DNA of 64,000 nt from Adineta vaga (GCA_021613535.1 CP075496.1:9672001-9736000), one strand, 5' to 3'; positions 38,790 to 51,814 are shown, counted from the first letter of the stretch. Numbers and translations: made by a program. Notes: generated by a model not told the origin, from the letters alone.

Positions 38790-39397
38790 TTATGTATTCG
38801 GTTTTCTTTCTGGTATCTCAAATTCTCTTATCTCTGGTAAAGTATAAAGATGACCGGCTGCTAAACAACTCATCACAAAACTAAAAATTGTCAATAAATG
38901 TCCTGTTTGATAGAGATTAGCAGCATAGTCATTGTAATACAATACATAGGCACCTTCACTCATGCCACCCAGCATAAAGAGACAAGCAAGAAAATAACAT
39001 ATGGGTCCAACCAAGTAGATCCATACAGCCCAATCACTAGGTATCATTAGTAATGTTGTAATTGTTCCGAAAAGAATAAAAATAATACCAACAATACAAA
39101 GACCAGCTGCACTGTCTAAATGTTTATTCCATTCCGTTTGATTACCTGCTGCATCGATGGGATAATATTGATTAATATTACGTCCGAACTACGATGTGTA
39201 CAACTTATCGTTGTTCCATTCGGATATAAAAGACATGAATAGAAAAAGTTTGCTGTTCGTACAGACCGTGTTTGTCCATTGATTGTTACTTGAGTAGTTT
39301 GCCAATGAGGTGTACCGATACCAACACATGATAATACTAATGCGATCGCACCAAAAATAACAGAAATCGAGATGAATATTGTACTGAGAGTTTTCAT
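38790..39397 (-). CDS. claudin/PMP22-like four-TM protein, interrupted by a 1-nt frameshift near 39180
   Basis: TM1 ending GIGTPHW, loop with NFFYSC...C, continuing in the adjacent frame as NINQYYPIDAAGNQTEWNKHLDSAAGLCIVGII and then the 38790-39047 ORF with further TMs. Confidence 0.65.
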
Positions 39398-40243
39398 TAT
39401 TCAAGTTTAAATAAATATATTGTTTGAACGATGACAATTGTTTGAACTGAGAATAGAGAGGAAAAAAAGGAAGAAAAAAAAGCTTTGGTAGTGAATTGAT
39501 GGTTACAGGTTTATATGCATACATTGAGAGAGAGAGAGAAAGACAGAATTCGTTTTTGTGTACACATGTGTTGTAATGATTGAGAGCAGCTTGATTTTTT
39601 TTCTGTTTGTTTGGATGGATGAATTAAATTTTGTTGAAGAAGAAGCAGAAGAAAAAAGAAATTTAGAAATGATCAATGTCGAAGGAATTATGGCTTCACA
39701 TATACGAATAAGAATATTTCTACGAGGTCATTTTTCAGTGGTACTGAATGAAATAGATATAAAGATAAAGATGTGATATTATTTCAAATTATTTGAGAAA
39801 GGTTCACTATAATAACCTGAACTAATGAAAGCATAAAAGTTGAATGCAAAAAAAAGGAAGAACAGTGATAGATTCGTCTGAGTATTCTAGTTATGTATGT
39901 AATACGATCGATCTTAATACCGTTTAGATAAAAAATAGTATCAAGCTTTTTTCTTTGAATTGGACATATCTGAATTATGAAGTTTTTGACTTGAGACCTA
40001 TTTTTTTCTTAAACTTATCGATAGTTTATTTTTATATTCCTGCGATTATTAACGCTGAAGATAACGTGAGAACCGAAATGGCTGTTTATGTATGTTTTTG
40101 ACAATAGACATGTATGAGAATTTTACCATCTGACAAACAGATTATTTAAAAACATAGTAGTAGATATGTATATAAAGCAAGAATCTCTAGCAGTTTAAGA
40201 TAGAAGAAACGTGTATAAAGGAAGGTGTGAGCTCGATAAAATC

Positions 40244-41224
40244 ATGAGACATAATATCGTCGTTATCGGAATTATTTTATTCCTGAGTGTTTTCGCAAAT
40301 TATATCACTGCTGACGCACCTAATTTTGTCTCAGGTCATGGAATAACAGTTCGATCGGTGTCTAAAGTGAACAATGAATTATACGATGTTATTGTAACAT
40401 CAGGAGAAGTGCGAGGTGAACAAAAGATTCGTATTCTTGTTCCACGTGATTATACTACGAGTGGTGATAATCGTCGATATCCTGTTCTTTATTTATTACA
40501 TGGTGGAATGGGTAATGCCGAAGACTGGACTACACGAGGTGGTACAGCTCAATTTACACTTGGTAATTTACCATTGATAACTGTGATGCCAAATGGTGAT
40601 CCATTTGGATGGTATACAAATTGGGTTAATCCTGGTCATGCTGCACCTCAAAATTGGCGCACATTTCATAATGAAAAATTAATACCATGGATTGATGCTA
40701 ATCTACGAACTGTTGCAAGAAAAGAAGGTCGTGCCATAGCAGGTCTTTCTATGGGTGGATTTGGTGCTATTCGTTATGCTGAAGTTTATCCTTATCTTTA
40801 CAATTATGCTGCAAGTTTTTCAGGTGCAGTGGATTTACTTGATTGGCGTGTTCAAACAGTGATTCTGGGTTCAGAAACAATTGATAAAAAACCATTGAAT
40901 GGTCCATTTGGTACTCCATTTCTTCCATGGACATCAAGTGGATGGTTTGCACAAAATCCAATTACACATGCTTCAACATTACATGGTGTCTCCGTTGCAC
41001 TTTATACAGGTAATCAAGGTGTTGTGGAAGCTTCAATGCGTGATGTCAATGCTCGTATGCATAATATGTTAAATTCATTGAATATTCCTCATCATTATAA
41101 CGATTATGGAAATGGTAAATCGATTGGACATGGTTGTCCAGGACGACATGAATTTTCATGTTGGAATGCAGCTCTTATTGATGTTGCGCCACGAATGATG
41201 GCTGTTTTGGAACAACAGTACTAA
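40244..41224 (+). CDS. secreted alpha/beta-hydrolase esterase (antigen 85/S-formylglutathione hydrolase-like, PF00756-type), intronless
   Basis: Signal peptide MRHNIVVIGIILFLSVFANYITA, RYPVLYLLHGG, GWYTNW, RAIAGLSMGGFGA (GxSxG), ASFSGAVD, GRHEFSCW. Confidence 0.88.
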   Translation: MRHNIVVIGIILFLSVFANYITADAPNFVSGHGITVRSVSKVNNELYDVIVTSGEVRGEQKIRILVPRDYTTSGDNRRYPVLYLLHGGMGNAEDWTTRGGTAQFTLGNLPLITVMPNGDPFGWYTNWVNPGHAAPQNWRTFHNEKLIPWIDANLRTVARKEGRAIAGLSMGGFGAIRYAEVYPYLYNYAASFSGAVDLLDWRVQTVILGSETIDKKPLNGPFGTPFLPWTSSGWFAQNPITHASTLHGVSVALYTGNQGVVEASMRDVNARMHNMLNSLNIPHHYNDYGNGKSIGHGCPGRHEFSCWNAALIDVAPRMMAVLEQQY

Positions 41225-41522
41225 AAAATAAATATAATGAATATAATTAAGTAGAATATACTGGTTAGTTTTTCTTTATCAAAGAATATTATGATTTCAA
41301 AAATAACTATAGTCATTGCAAGATATCACATGATGTAGCTTTTGTATTAAGTGCGATAGAATCACCCACTATTCTATAAAGGATAAATTGAATATATAAG
41401 CAATTTCTTCAGTACTACAAACTAAAACCAATATCTTGTTTATCTATATTATAAATCATATTTTCGCCTATATAAACAAATCGATAGAACACTATTATAA
41501 AGACGCACACAAAAAAAGACAT

Positions 41523-42437
41523 TTAAAGAGTTGTAGACGTGTCAGCGGAAAGATAACCTTGTCTATAATTATTACGATGAACTAAGCAAACGATTAATAA
41601 AAGAAATAGTACAATAACGAGAATGATACTTATGAAAATGATTACTATTTTCAAAAGTTTATTTCTGAATGAAGTCTCTCGATATTTCACTGTAGATACT
41701 ACTTTCTCTTGTCTATTATTTTCTTGATTGTTAGCCGCTTGACTTATTTCAGCAGAATCCATTACTTGTCTCATAAGATAATAAATTTTATTCGTTACAT
41801 TAATATGTCGATAGTCATATCGTGAACATGAAGTCATTTCTTCAACATATGAATCTGGATCATTGTTGTCAGTTATAATCGATGAAGTAATATTAGTATT
41901 GCTATCACGCTTATGAATTCGAGTGGCAAAATTAGTACATAATTGAATTGTACTGTTGTATGCTGAACCGTATATTCGAAAATCTTTCGAACGAATATTA
42001 TCTTTTTTGTTGGATATCGAATTAGCTCGTGTCGTTTCATTCATAGCAATGTTTTGCCAATGAATCCAATCATTGATAAATGTGGAATCACAAGAATTAT
42101 TGAATACACAAGTAAAACAAGTTCTACTATAAAATGAAAAAGTTCCATTGATGAATGTTATGATAATATCAAATTGCATTGTATTATGGTGAATTCTTGT
42201 TTGATTCAAACATCGTGCAATACAAGTACCTATTCCATGATGAAAGGTATTCGTTAATAATAGATTACATTGATCATATATGTTTAATGATGAAAATTGT
42301 TTTTGACATTGATTCAATGCAATGGAAGAATTGGAAAGAATATAATGAAACGATAAATGTTCAAATGAAACTGCTGAATGGTAAAAACGAATAAAATATA
42401 TTTGTAATATAAATAATCGAATTATTATAAAGAACAT
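41523..42437 (-). CDS. Cys-containing type I membrane glycoprotein, uncharacterised
   Basis: Signal peptide from MFFIIIRLF (42437), many NxS/T sites, TM IVIIFISIILVIVLFLLLIVCLV, tail NNYRQGYLSA. Confidence 0.7.
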   Translation of the reverse strand: MFFIIIRLFILQIYFIRFYHSAVSFEHLSFHYILSNSSIALNQCQKQFSSLNIYDQCNLLLTNTFHHGIGTCIARCLNQTRIHHNTMQFDIIITFINGTFSFYSRTCFTCVFNNSCDSTFINDWIHWQNIAMNETTRANSISNKKDNIRSKDFRIYGSAYNSTIQLCTNFATRIHKRDSNTNITSSIITDNNDPDSYVEEMTSCSRYDYRHINVTNKIYYLMRQVMDSAEISQAANNQENNRQEKVVSTVKYRETSFRNKLLKIVIIFISIILVIVLFLLLIVCLVHRNNYRQGYLSADTSTTL

Positions 42438-42844
42438 TTTCTTAATCATACAAGAAACAAATGGCTTTGATTTACTCAATACTCGTTTGATTATAGAAAT
42501 AAAGAATGAACAATTTCGCATATATGTTTTCATAATCATCGATTTCTGATCTTGACAAGAGAAAAAACAAGTAAATATTGTCTCTCGATAGAATTGTCAA
42601 TGTCAGATAATAATCAACAAGTCTGTTGTTCACTTAAGTATTAATCAAATAACAATCTATTATTATATTCTCTTGAGAAAAATATTTCTCTTTATTCTTC
42701 TCACAAGTCATGAATGATTACTAAAGTTAGTCATTTTACATAGACAGGAAATTGAAGAGATGCGACATTTCCTTTCAGATAATCGAAAGAAAACAATGTA
42801 TTGGAAGTAAGTTTTGCCATCTTTTTTTATTTCGAAGCAAATAA

Positions 42845-42868
42845 ACACACACACACACACACACACAC
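42845..42868. repeat. (CA)n microsatellite
   Basis: cacacacacacacacacacacaca. Confidence 0.9.
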
Positions 42869-42925
42869 AAAATATAAATATTCAATTTTAAAAGTTTCGT
42901 TTTATAAAAATATTCCTGAATGATT

Positions 42926-43792
42926 TCAAGCAGAAGTTTTTGTTAATCGATATCCTTGTTGTCGATATTTTCGACATTGAACCCAATAAGCAATACAAGC
43001 AATGATTACTAATATTGCAACAATAAATATAGCTCGTTGAAGGATTAATTTATTTGTATATTCCCTGATTTGTTTTTTCATCATAAGTTCATTGTACTCA
43101 TCCGATTCTAATGTTAAATTATATTGAATTTCTTTTGTACAAAGATTTTTCATACATTGATAATCATTCATTCGATTTTCTGAATTCGTTTTAATATGAA
43201 TTTTGACCGGATTCGTAACTGATAAATCTTCACATTGATATTTTCCATAACTAAGATTTTTCAATTCATCATAGATCATAAAACATAAATAACTTGCACA
43301 TGTATTTGTTACTTTATGTTGTTCACATTTACTTTGAATACTATTCGATTTATTCCATAAGGGAAGAAAACTTGTATGTAATGAATTATTTCGACTATTG
43401 AGTAAAATATTTGCCCATTTATTGAGAAATTTCTTTTCACATAAATCTTCGTATAAACAAGTATAATCAAGATAACTTACAATCGATTGAATATTCTTCT
43501 GAATAAAATTGATTTGTGAACCAAATTCAATATGTGTATGATTGTAAATAATCGGTGCACCAAATTTAATGGTAACATATCGATTATGAATACTATTATA
43601 ATCAATGGTTATTCGAACATGACATGGAGATGAACTGGATTGTTCGATTGTTGATAATGATTGAAAATAAGTGGAGAAATTATTCCACGAGAAATTGTTT
43701 TGAGAAAAATAAAGTGTATGATTAGAATAACATAAATGACCATGAAGATTTTGTATGGAAACGAGGAACAGAAGAAGAATGATGTATAACAT
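42926..43792 (-). CDS. Cys-containing type I membrane glycoprotein, probable distant tandem paralogue of 41523-42437
   Basis: Signal peptide MLYIILLLFLVSIQNLHG, HLCY...CHVRI...CLYEDLCE, TM AIFIVAILVIIACIAYWV, tail KYRQQGYRLT. Confidence 0.75.
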   Translation of the reverse strand: MLYIILLLFLVSIQNLHGHLCYSNHTLYFSQNNFSWNNFSTYFQSLSTIEQSSSSPCHVRITIDYNSIHNRYVTIKFGAPIIYNHTHIEFGSQINFIQKNIQSIVSYLDYTCLYEDLCEKKFLNKWANILLNSRNNSLHTSFLPLWNKSNSIQSKCEQHKVTNTCASYLCFMIYDELKNLSYGKYQCEDLSVTNPVKIHIKTNSENRMNDYQCMKNLCTKEIQYNLTLESDEYNELMMKKQIREYTNKLILQRAIFIVAILVIIACIAYWVQCRKYRQQGYRLTKTSA

Positions 43793-44846
43793 TTTATCCT
43801 GAGTGTTAATGAATGTAATATGATCAAAACGACTAGGATTTCATTGAATGATGAAACAAAGAATAAACACAAGTAGAAAATCAAAATTTCAAACTTGTAT
43901 TTTTTTGTCAATTTTAATTACTAAATATTAACTTTCAATGTAAATGATAATAATAAACAAAGATTTTATTCATTCACATCACAATTGTGTCGTTTCCAAT
44001 TAGATTCTATATTTTGTCCAACCTTTCTGTCTGTTCGTTCTCTCTTCCTTCTATCTATCTATCTATCTGTCCTTCATATTAATCTAGACACTATTATTAT
44101 TTTTTCTTCTCCTTCTCTTCTCTGTTTCTCACACTATGTTGTATGTTGCTTGGATTTTATTACGATGTCAGAAGAAATTATTAAAACAGAAAGAAAAGAT
44201 AAGACAAAAATGGAGATTTAGCGAAAATAATTTCCAATCCTATTTGCTCATTCAATTGATTGATTCAAAAACTCCGCCTTCTCACTATCAATAAACATAT
44301 ATATATTCTAATGCATATCAATCAGAATTTGAAATACTCTCGATAATTAATCTAACCAATATTTTGCACTTGGAAAGAAAAATCGAACTAATGTCTTTTA
44401 CTGATCATTTTAATAATAGACATTCCATCTGTGTATTTGTTGTCATAAGAAAATATTTGAGTTTTCTTTTATAGTTATAATAATAGATAAATTGATAGGA
44501 TAAAAGAGAAGGAATTTTCCTTTTCTTTTTTTATTATTATGTGAAAAGAAAGATCTTAAAGACAACGTCAAAAAACAAACAAATGATAATCATGTATAGA
44601 ATTCGTTGTTGACAAACCGAAACAAATGGACATTAATTACAACATATAGAGAATTTAATTAGAAGAGATTGAGGTTAGAAGCAAGATTTGTTCCATAGAC
44701 ATATGTAGACAATAATTAGAAGAAAAAAAACAATGAAAAACTATTTATTTTTGTTTTCTGTAAGGATAGAAACTAAGTTAATACCAAGAGCAATGACAAA
44801 ACAGTAGTAAAATGATGATAACGATTGAATTATGTGCGCGATGCTT

Positions 44847-46017
44847 TTATTGTTTTTGAGTAACGTCAGTAACGCTATCGATTCGTTTGGAACGAGATTT
44901 AATCATTTGTAGTTTTGGTTTTAACGAAGATACTTGTCCAGGCAATGCTCGAGCATTAATTTCATTGGCTGATGGTGAAACACGTGAATTATTTTCAATT
45001 CGTCGGCGTTTAATAAAAGAATATAGCATATTTTTTAATTCAACACGAAACATTTTGGATGCCAGTGTATATAAATAAAACGAAAAAACAGGAAATAGAA
45101 AATTGATAAATTCAGCTATAAAGACAGAAAATCGTTCAATGACGATACGATCAATAGTTTTATTAGTATATATCGTTATCGTTTGATAAAAGTACATGAT
45201 CATTAATGGTATAATGGTATAACCATAGAATAACATTTGTACAAATAACATGATTAAAACTTGTTGATCACGTCTACTTTGTAATCTTTCAACTTCCTGT
45301 CTAATGGAAGTATTTTGTTGACGACGTTGTCTTTTCAATGCTAGATTTTGCCGAATTAATAATGCACAAGTAATCATAATAGAAATGGGAAGAACAGAAG
45401 CACTAATAGACATAAAAACACTATGATACAGTGATGCAATAATATTCGAAAAGATGCTGCATATATTGAAGCGTATACTGATCAAAATCGGAATATGAAT
45501 GGTTAATACAGACCAGAAAATAATATTGATAAACACAACACGTTTGGCGATTTTGACTTGTGCAAAATTTCTTAATCGTATATTTACGGATGAGAGAGCA
45601 AATCGATCAAAGCAAGCAATTGTTAAACACCAACGATACATCATACCTGTTGCATGAAGTAAATAAGAGCGTAATTTACAAATGATTGTATCTGTTCCCA
45701 CGGGATCAACATGATCAAGAGTGAATAAATAGAAGCCAAAAGCAATACTTATATGAATAAGTGATATGATAGACATTGCTTGAAAATCTATATTAACAAA
45801 GAAAAAGAAGTAGATGTTTTCATAGAGAATAGATATAATAATTATTAAAATTACATGTACAACATGATGATGTTTGAAATTGTCGTCGAGATAAAAGTAG
45901 AATATTAAGACAACAACCAGAAACACCAAAAATAAGAAATATGGAATGTCCATAACGAATTAATTGTTGTTGAATATTAGGTAATGTACCAGTGGAGAAA
46001 GCGGCTAATAATGACAT
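44847..46017 (-). CDS. rhodopsin-like 7TM GPCR, 2 exons
   Basis: Exon 1 MSLLAAF...GCCLNILLLSRRQFQTSSCCT is spliced to YFQAMS.... Motifs IACFDRF and FYLYTLASKMFRVEL. Confidence 0.85.
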
Positions 46018-48247
46018 CTAAACATATGAAAGGTATATTATTTTAACTCTTCATTCACGCTTTCAAAATAAATCGGTAAGATTTATCACTTGTATATTTG
46101 TATATATATATTTCATAAATTATTAATATTGAAGAAAAAATAAGCTCATCATCTGTTCATTACTAGAAATATAAGATAATGTATCATATGAGTATCATTT
46201 GGTTAAACAACGACATAGAATAGTAGCAATGAGAATGACATCTAAGTGCAAAGTTTATATGAATGTTTTCTAGAAAGAAAACTAGATTATAATAGAATAT
46301 AACTGCTCATATCCTATTGCCTATCTATGGATTCTACTCAACGAGAAGAAGAATCTTCTAGAATTTTTATTTATTCGTCGATATAAAAAATTTGATTAAA
46401 ATGTCAGAAACACTTGCCTTCTTGAGTTTTGTTGGCAAAAACACAATAGATTTAGTTGTGTAGGATTGTTTTTTTTCCTCATATGTATTATCAGTTTACG
46501 GACTTCATTACATTGATATTTTCGACTATGATTTTGAACTTTTAATTATCACATTTGGAAGAATGTAGTAGGGAATTCACATGAAATGAACATTAATCGG
46601 CAAAGATTGTTTGACTTCTTTTTAATGCGTATATAGAACTGATGTGCGTATCTATCACCAGCAGATTGTAATTAAAAATGCATTTGCTTTCTTTTTTTAA
46701 AACTTGTTCTTTTTTTGACAGGGAGCATGATAAATATTTGATGTTGTTGATATTCTTATGGGAAGAAAAAATTAAGCAGTTACTTACTGTCTTTTACATA
46801 TTGTGATTCACCTACTTTCACAAATCAGGAAACATATTATATACTAAAGAAGTGAATATGACATACTTCTCCCTTGTTAGAAATAGTTCATCGTTATGAA
46901 GAAGATTTTTGCAAATTTATTATTATTTTTTTTTGGTTTATCTATTGGAATATACATTATGCACTATTCACTTCTTGAGTAAGCATAAGAGATAATACTC
47001 TATAATCCTCTTCCACAAGGTATCTAACGCGCTATTTGGATCATCTTGCAAGTAAAAGATGCTAGTCATATTCCTTTCTATATACGTAAATGAACATCTT
47101 GTTGATATTTGGAAACGTTCATTAAAAGATGTGTCGAAGAAATGGAAATCTATCATATTTATGAAATCGTTATTTTAATTTTTAATTGAAACTACTATGT
47201 TGATTGTGTAGAATATTTTTGCAATATAGACTATAAATGATTAATTTAAAATAAATATGCTCGATATCCTTCTTACTTTTTCTGATCTGAAATAAAACCT
47301 TTGACGCTATATTTTAGTATATGTGAATTTGAATTGCTTCATTAGATAGCTATACAGATTGATGCCATGGATCGAGAATTAAACTTACTACTATCCAACT
47401 GACTAAGATAGGTGACAAAGCGACTACTAATAATAGTTGTAGTAACAGTTGAGTATGATATGAAAGGTTGAACACAATAATTCTGAGAATCAAGTACGTA
47501 AATTATACTACTATTGACAATGTAAATATCAACTGGTTTGATAAGCCTTGATGCAGCAGTTTCTTGTGAAAAATTGAACTAGAATCAGTCTCACCCATTA
47601 TTATTGTTTTATTTTTCTATATTCGTAATAAAAAAAATTTAAAGCATAGAGAAACAAACCACGTCTCAATACCATATTAAAAGATTTAGCTAACATGCAT
47701 TTCTCTACTGTATTCATATTTGAAAACAATATACATAGACACATACATGAAATGGTAGGTTCTCTTAAATAACAAGTACTACGTTAGCATGTATTTCTTT
47801 CAAATACGTGATTATCTTTTTCTAAACAAAATAGTGTGTTTGTGAAGCAGCATGTAGAAAGTGAACAAATCGACTTTTCAGCTTCTTAACTGACTGGTAA
47901 CAAATATTCTACTTATAACCGTAGAATCATCATCTATACACACCTTCTTGAAAAATAAATAAAGTTTCTGTAAATCATCAAAGATTTTATCTACTTACAA
48001 AATAGATCATCTCAAATAGTTTGAATATTACTATTCCAACGAGTAGCTATAATTAATACATCATTTCTAGTTTCAGCCACTTCGCGTTGAAAATAGTAAA
48101 TAAATATGATTACATAAAAACTAGACATCATATTCGCTCATTCTATTTTATAAAACAATGTATTATAGCAAAGACAAAAAAATATTGACGCTTTGTTTTT
48201 GTAATTTATATCAATGCTAAATTCTCAATTAAAAATACAAATGTTTA

Positions 48248-49531
48248 TCACAATATATGAATTAAGTTTAATAAAAATACAACAAAAAGAATTCCACTAA
48301 TGATCAAAGTAACGATAAGACAAATCTTTTTCTAAAATATTTATTCGAAAGCATAATTAAGAAGAAGAAGAATTTCACTTACTTTTTTCCAAGATTGTTT
48401 TTTTGTTACAATAAAAGGAAGAATATGAATCAACTCATCTGTATGCTGCAATGTTTCTTTGACATGCTGTTCTATTGATGATACATGTATTCCCTTATTT
48501 TAATGAAAGAAAAAACAAATCGAATAACAAAATCTTTAGTAAGAAAATGATCATACCTGATCTTCTACGAGATTAGCTAATTCAACGAATATACAATGTA
48601 AGTCTTTGATATCATCTTCGATTTTTATCAAAGCAATATGACGATCTTCCATGTCATTCAATCTTTGTTGTTCTTGTTGCAAATCTTCGATTGTCTATCG
48701 TATAGTATCAAAATATGATTAAAAAAGATTCTTTTATTTTATCTACACACACCCGCAAATAACAAATTGTTTGTTCATTTTCAAGAAGTTTATCAACTTC
48801 AGTATTGGATGGTTCTCTTCCGGCTAGAAATAGATATAGTTAAATTTGATATAAAAATAAAGATGTCTATTTTGTTAAAACCTAATTCAATTTGTCGACT
48901 TATTCGTACTTTACATCGTTCATGATAAGTAACAATTGATTGATAATATTCATTCATAATATCACAGAAGCGTTTAGAGAGAATATTCGTATGAATATCA
49001 ATAATACGTTGTCGAGCGTTTGGTTTTATTTCTTGCATTTGTTTCATATCTTTACAAATAAAAAGAAATAGATTCGATTTGTATTTAAATCATTCTTTTA
49101 CCATTTAGTTGTCTACGAATAGTATTTTCTTTTTGACGAATATAATTGATTGTTTCATCACGTTTATATCTAAGTTCTGCTTTTCGAGAAAAAAAAAGAA
49201 ACTTCTTTTTTTCCTCTCGAAGAAAATTATTTTCATCACATTAACTTACGAATATCAGATAGTGGTGCTAACAAAGCATCGTGCAAAGGTTCAATCAATT
49301 GAACAAGTTTAGTTAATTCACTAATATCATTTTCAAGAAGATTCACTTTGTAGAAAATATCATTCATGAAATTTCCTTCCATGTCAATTACAGAAAAATA
49401 TTGATCAAGATCAGAATCTTCACCATTTTGATATTTTTCTACCTGAAATTAAAGAGTCATTTATCTCGAATGTTAATAATACACACCCATCTTACACTTT
49501 CTTGGAATTCCTGAAATCGATCTTTAATCAT
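48248..49531 (-). CDS. syntaxin (divergent syntaxin-1/2/3/4-like Qa-SNARE), multi-exon
   Basis: Starts MIKDRFQEF. Habc segment LSKRFCDIMNEYYQSIVTYHERCKVRISRQIEL, SNARE segment DMEDRHIALIKIEDDIKDLHCIFVELANLVEDQ, C-terminal TM KKICLIVTLIISGILFVVFLL*. Confidence 0.85.
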
Positions 49532-49813
49532 TTTTGAATTTTATACAACGTACACGTTTTCCTATCTACAAGTAAGGTATCTACCTATCTCGCATATATA
49601 TTCCAAATGACTTGAACTTCACTTTGTCAATATGTTACTAGAATAGATTATTTATATCAATAAAATGACGTTATGATAAATACGATGTGATTAATTTGCC
49701 TTACAAAAACTTTTATTGGAAAAAAAAACTAACATTGATGTGTTAAACATTTGCTCTTAAATATGTTTGACGTTGTTCATATTATATTTACTTCATGACT
49801 GATAGTTGAGACA

Positions 49814-49838
49814 ATATATATATATATATATATATATA
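49814..49838. repeat. (AT)n microsatellite
   Basis: atatatatat... run. Confidence 0.85.
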
Positions 49839-50049
49839 TGATAATGTGCAGAACGTGATCCTTTTTATTAAGTTGTCAAGTACACTGTCGATGAATCAGT
49901 TCTATCTCATATGTGCGCATTCTGTATACAATAGTTATTGTAAAATCGATATATTGATGACTAACCAACAATGCCTAAATAAATTGATAGAACGTCTTTT
50001 AATCACAACGATAGTATTATAAAGTATATGAATGAATAACATCGTTATT

Positions 50050-50727
50050 TCAAAGATCAAGGTAAAATTCCTTGTATAATTTTGTTGCTTCTCTTAATTT
50101 CTTTTTTCCCATGTCTGATAAGTTACAATTTGTTAAACAGACTGTTCGTAATGTTTCATTATATTCAAACATAGTAATAAGATAATCGATACAAGAATCG
50201 GTTATGAGAGTATTCCATGAAAGAGATAATACATGAAGAGTTTGATTATGAAATGAAAGAATATCAGCCAAAATCTTTACACCATGATCAGAAATTTTAT
50301 TAAAACCAAGCCAAAGTTGAGTTAATGAATGATTTATTCGAAGCATATTAGCAAGATATTCTACACCTTGATCAGATATTTCATTTGATGTCAGAGCAAG
50401 TCTATTTAATTTTGATTTCTTACTCGATAATGCTTGTGTTAAATACAATATATCAGAATCACCAAGACTATTTTGACATAGAGATAAACCTTCTAAATTT
50501 GAATTTTCTTCTAATATCGAAGCAAGAATTGAAACACTATGTGATGTTATTTGATTACTCACTAACCAGAGCATTGTACATTGTTTTTTAATAATTGCTT
50601 CTTGAATTATAAATTCTATATCTGAATCAGTTAACTTTTGTTTTCGTAAATCGATTCGTGAATGAATTTTACAATTATTTATCATCTCTTCGAATTTTTG
50701 ATTTCGATATATCGAAATTTTTGCCAT
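50050..50727 (-). CDS. ribonuclease-inhibitor-type LRR protein (NLRC3-like LRRs only)
   Basis: 28-aa repeats LxxLxLxxNxIsDxGvxxLa (e.g. LNRLALTSNEISDQGVEYLA, LTQLWLGFNKISDHGVKILA). Confidence 0.88.
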   Translation of the reverse strand: MAKISIYRNQKFEEMINNCKIHSRIDLRKQKLTDSDIEFIIQEAIIKKQCTMLWLVSNQITSHSVSILASILEENSNLEGLSLCQNSLGDSDILYLTQALSSKKSKLNRLALTSNEISDQGVEYLANMLRINHSLTQLWLGFNKISDHGVKILADILSFHNQTLHVLSLSWNTLITDSCIDYLITMFEYNETLRTVCLTNCNLSDMGKKKLREATKLYKEFYLDL

Positions 50728-51814
50728 GCTTCCAAAGGATTCTTATCGAACGAAAGTATGTTACACGTTTATAAATGCTTGACGTGTGTGTGATCAATGG
50801 TTTTATGTTACCTTTCTTTTTCATACTTTTATGATGTGTATGTGTAGGAATAGAAATGCTTATCTTATCGAATGATAAAACAATAAATAATGACGAATGA
50901 TATTGTTCCTTTTTACAATATTTTTGGAGAAAATACTTTATTTGAATTTGTATGGTAGACTTCAAACGAGAACTGAGATTTTTGAAAAGAAGTATGTTAA
51001 TATTTACAGATTATTCCATCCTATGGTATTAGATAAACTACTTCCTTTTTTTCAATGTACAGAACGAAAGAATTAATAGAAGTAAATATGAGTTGACCAA
51101 AGAGATTTTGTGTTCGATTGAGTTTATTTTTATTTTTGTATAAAACCAGAAATCTTTCAATACTATGTTCTATAATCGGATGATATGATTTTATAGTTCA
51201 TATTGGTTGATATCAATCGGAGGAATGAATAAAATCAAGGAGTATTAAAAACGTTTCGCTTATTTTTTAGGATACCAAGTTCACCTTCATCAAATAATCG
51301 TGATCAGAAAGGTTTGTACTACAATGCGTTCAATCACTTTTCACTCATATATTTACTTGTATAATTCAAATTTTGAATAGTCTCTAATTTATTAGTAACT
51401 GACTTCAATAACATATACACTCATTCGATTTTGTCCAGGATTTTGTTCTGTTGTTTATTGATTTCATTCTTATACTTGTATTTTCGAAAAACAAAATATA
51501 CCTATTTGTAATGATTGACCTTCTGATGACTCTTGTTAACAAATGAAATGGTGAGAGTCTCAAGTTGTTCTACTAGACAAAACATAGTCACTAATAGTAA
51601 GAATTGTCTATTATATCAGACAATCTTAATATAACCGTAGTATGGAATAGTGACGATTAATAGAAGAATAATCATCGGTCTTTCGATAACGTACCATATC
51701 CAATCTTCTGGAAAAGTTGTATAGGCAAATAATACTAAAAAATTGCAATTCAGATTCAAGACAAGCAGAATAAATACAGCGTTTTCTGTCTTACGCAATG
51801 AAGTTGAATAAACC

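Noticed and set aside
46968-47156. 62-aa minus-strand ORF (QDDPNSALDTLWKR)
   Set aside because: Short, with no motif and no convincing splice partners.
49100-49180. Suspected frameshift in a syntaxin exon
   Set aside because: Recounting the T run shows the frame is open (RQKENTIRRQLN).
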